A stretch of 63,830 nucleotides of DNA, the filler included, from Octopus bimaculoides (lineage: Eukaryota): assembly GCF_001194135.2 (NCBI RefSeq). It is 7 parts of 7 records of this genome, joined end to end, with 100 filler letters (N's around TTAATTAATTAA, not from the genome) between each part and the next. Parts side by side here need not be neighbours in the genome. Positions count along the whole stretch, not along the records: positions 61,692 to 63,830 come from NW_026433077.1; 6 more parts are not named here. One strand, given 5' to 3'. The first letter of the stretch is position 1; every line of letters begins with the position of its first letter. Under the pieces are notes generated by a model, which made no database searches, was not told the origin of the DNA, and saw only the letters and a list, made by a program, of their open reading frames with translations. The translations under genes and the position numbers were made by a program. This document shows positions 62,581 through 63,830 of this stretch, piece after piece.

Positions 62581-63255
62581 GTATNNNNNNNNNNNNNNNN
62601 NNNNNNNNNNNNNNNNNNNNNNNNNNNNNNNNNNNNNNNNNNNNNNNNNNNNNNNNNNNNNNNNNNNNNNNNNNNNNNNNNNNNNNNNNNNNNNNNNNNN
62701 NNNNNNNNNNNNNNNNNNNNNNNNNNNNNNNNNNNNNNNNNNNNNNNNNNNNNNNNNNNNNNNNNNNNNNNNNNNNNNNNNNNNNNNNNNNNNNNNNNNN
62801 NNNNNNNNNNNNNNNNNNNNNNNNNNNNNNNNNNNNNNNNNNNNNNNNNNNNNNNNNNNNNNNNNNNNNNNNNNNNNNNNNNNNNNNNNNNNNNNNNNNN
62901 NNNNNNNNNNNNNNNNNNNNNNNNNNNNNNNNNNNNNNNNNNNNNNNNNNNNNNNNNNNNNNNNNNNNNNNNNNNNNNNNNNNNNNNNNNNNNNNNNNNN
63001 NNNNNNNNNNNNNNNNNNNNNNNNNNNNNNNNNNNNNNNNNNNNNNNNNNNNNNNNNNNNNNNNNNNNNNNNNNNNNNNNNNNNNNNNNNNNNNNNNNNN
63101 NNNNNNNNNNNNNNNNNNNNNNNNNNNNNNNNNNNNNNNNNNNNNNNNNNNNNNNNNNNNNNNNNNNNNNNNNNNNNNNNNNNNNNNNNNNNNNNNNNNN
63201 NNNNNNNNNNNNNNNNNNNNNNNNNNNNNNNNNNNNNNNNNNNNNNNNNNNNNNN

Positions 63256-63289
<34 letters not shown>

Positions 63290-63292
63290 TAT

Positions 63293-63332
<40 letters not shown>

Positions 63333-63440
63333 GTAGATGGATGAATAAATAGATAGGTAGATGGATGGATAGATATATGTATATGTATATACGTATATGC
63401 ATCCATCCATATGCATCCATATGTATATATGTATATGCAT
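63256..63440. repeat. (TA)n/(GATA)n/(GATG)n compound microsatellite
   Basis: Direct reading. Confidence 0.95.
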
Positions 63441-63830
63441 CCATCCATAGGCAGGTGAGTGTGTGTGCATGTGTGCATACATACAGGCACACCAAAACAG
63501 GCACACGCGCACATGTATATATTGATAGATATAGGTATACGTAGACAGAGAGATTGAGAGAACTGAAAACTCTCAATGAGGAGAAGTATCAGGTAAAGCA
63601 GTAAGGAAGAGGCATTAAACAAGAAATGGAGGAAAGAGGAAAGAAATTGAGAGAGTGGATTTTATTGAAACATTGCGATCAGCTGTTAGTGTGAGATGAA
63701 AGAGTAATAGTGTGAGAGAAATAGAAGAAGGTTTTAGTGGGGGAAAATATGTTGTGAAGGGTATAGATATATGTGGAGAGGAAAAAAAGGTGTTGAGAAA
63801 ATGGGAGGAGTTGAGTGAGGGAGTTGACGC

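Overview
AT-rich, microsatellite-dense eukaryotic genomic DNA with many N gaps. The SINE repertoire suggests a coleoid cephalopod, probably Octopus (inference). Most of the window is decayed transposable elements: L1/Tx1, RTE, CR1-like, R4/Dong-like and HERO-like LINEs; mariner, Tigger/pogo, hAT and Helitron DNA elements; MITEs; Penelope-associated repeats; and at least three tRNA-derived SINE families. Two + strand protein-coding genes are partly visible. One is a signal-peptide/immunoglobulin-domain gene (exons 19210-19273 and 30556-30900). The other is the 5' end of an MDC1-like FHA-domain gene (exons 55351-55436 and 58476-58539). I found no CRISPR array, rRNA or true tRNA gene, and no evidence of a new multi-gene system. 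The most interesting signals are a type I hammerhead ribozyme with an intact core at 12934-12994, a tRNA-head SINE fused to a decayed hammerhead, and SINEs whose 3' tails match three different LINE clades also present in the window (Tx1, CR1-like, RTE), together with shared (TAA)/(ATT) microsatellite insertion sites. Six N44-TTAATTAATTAA-N44 blocks are assembly spacers, so continuity across them is unproven. All family assignments come from motif recognition by eye, with no database search, and TE boundaries are approximate.
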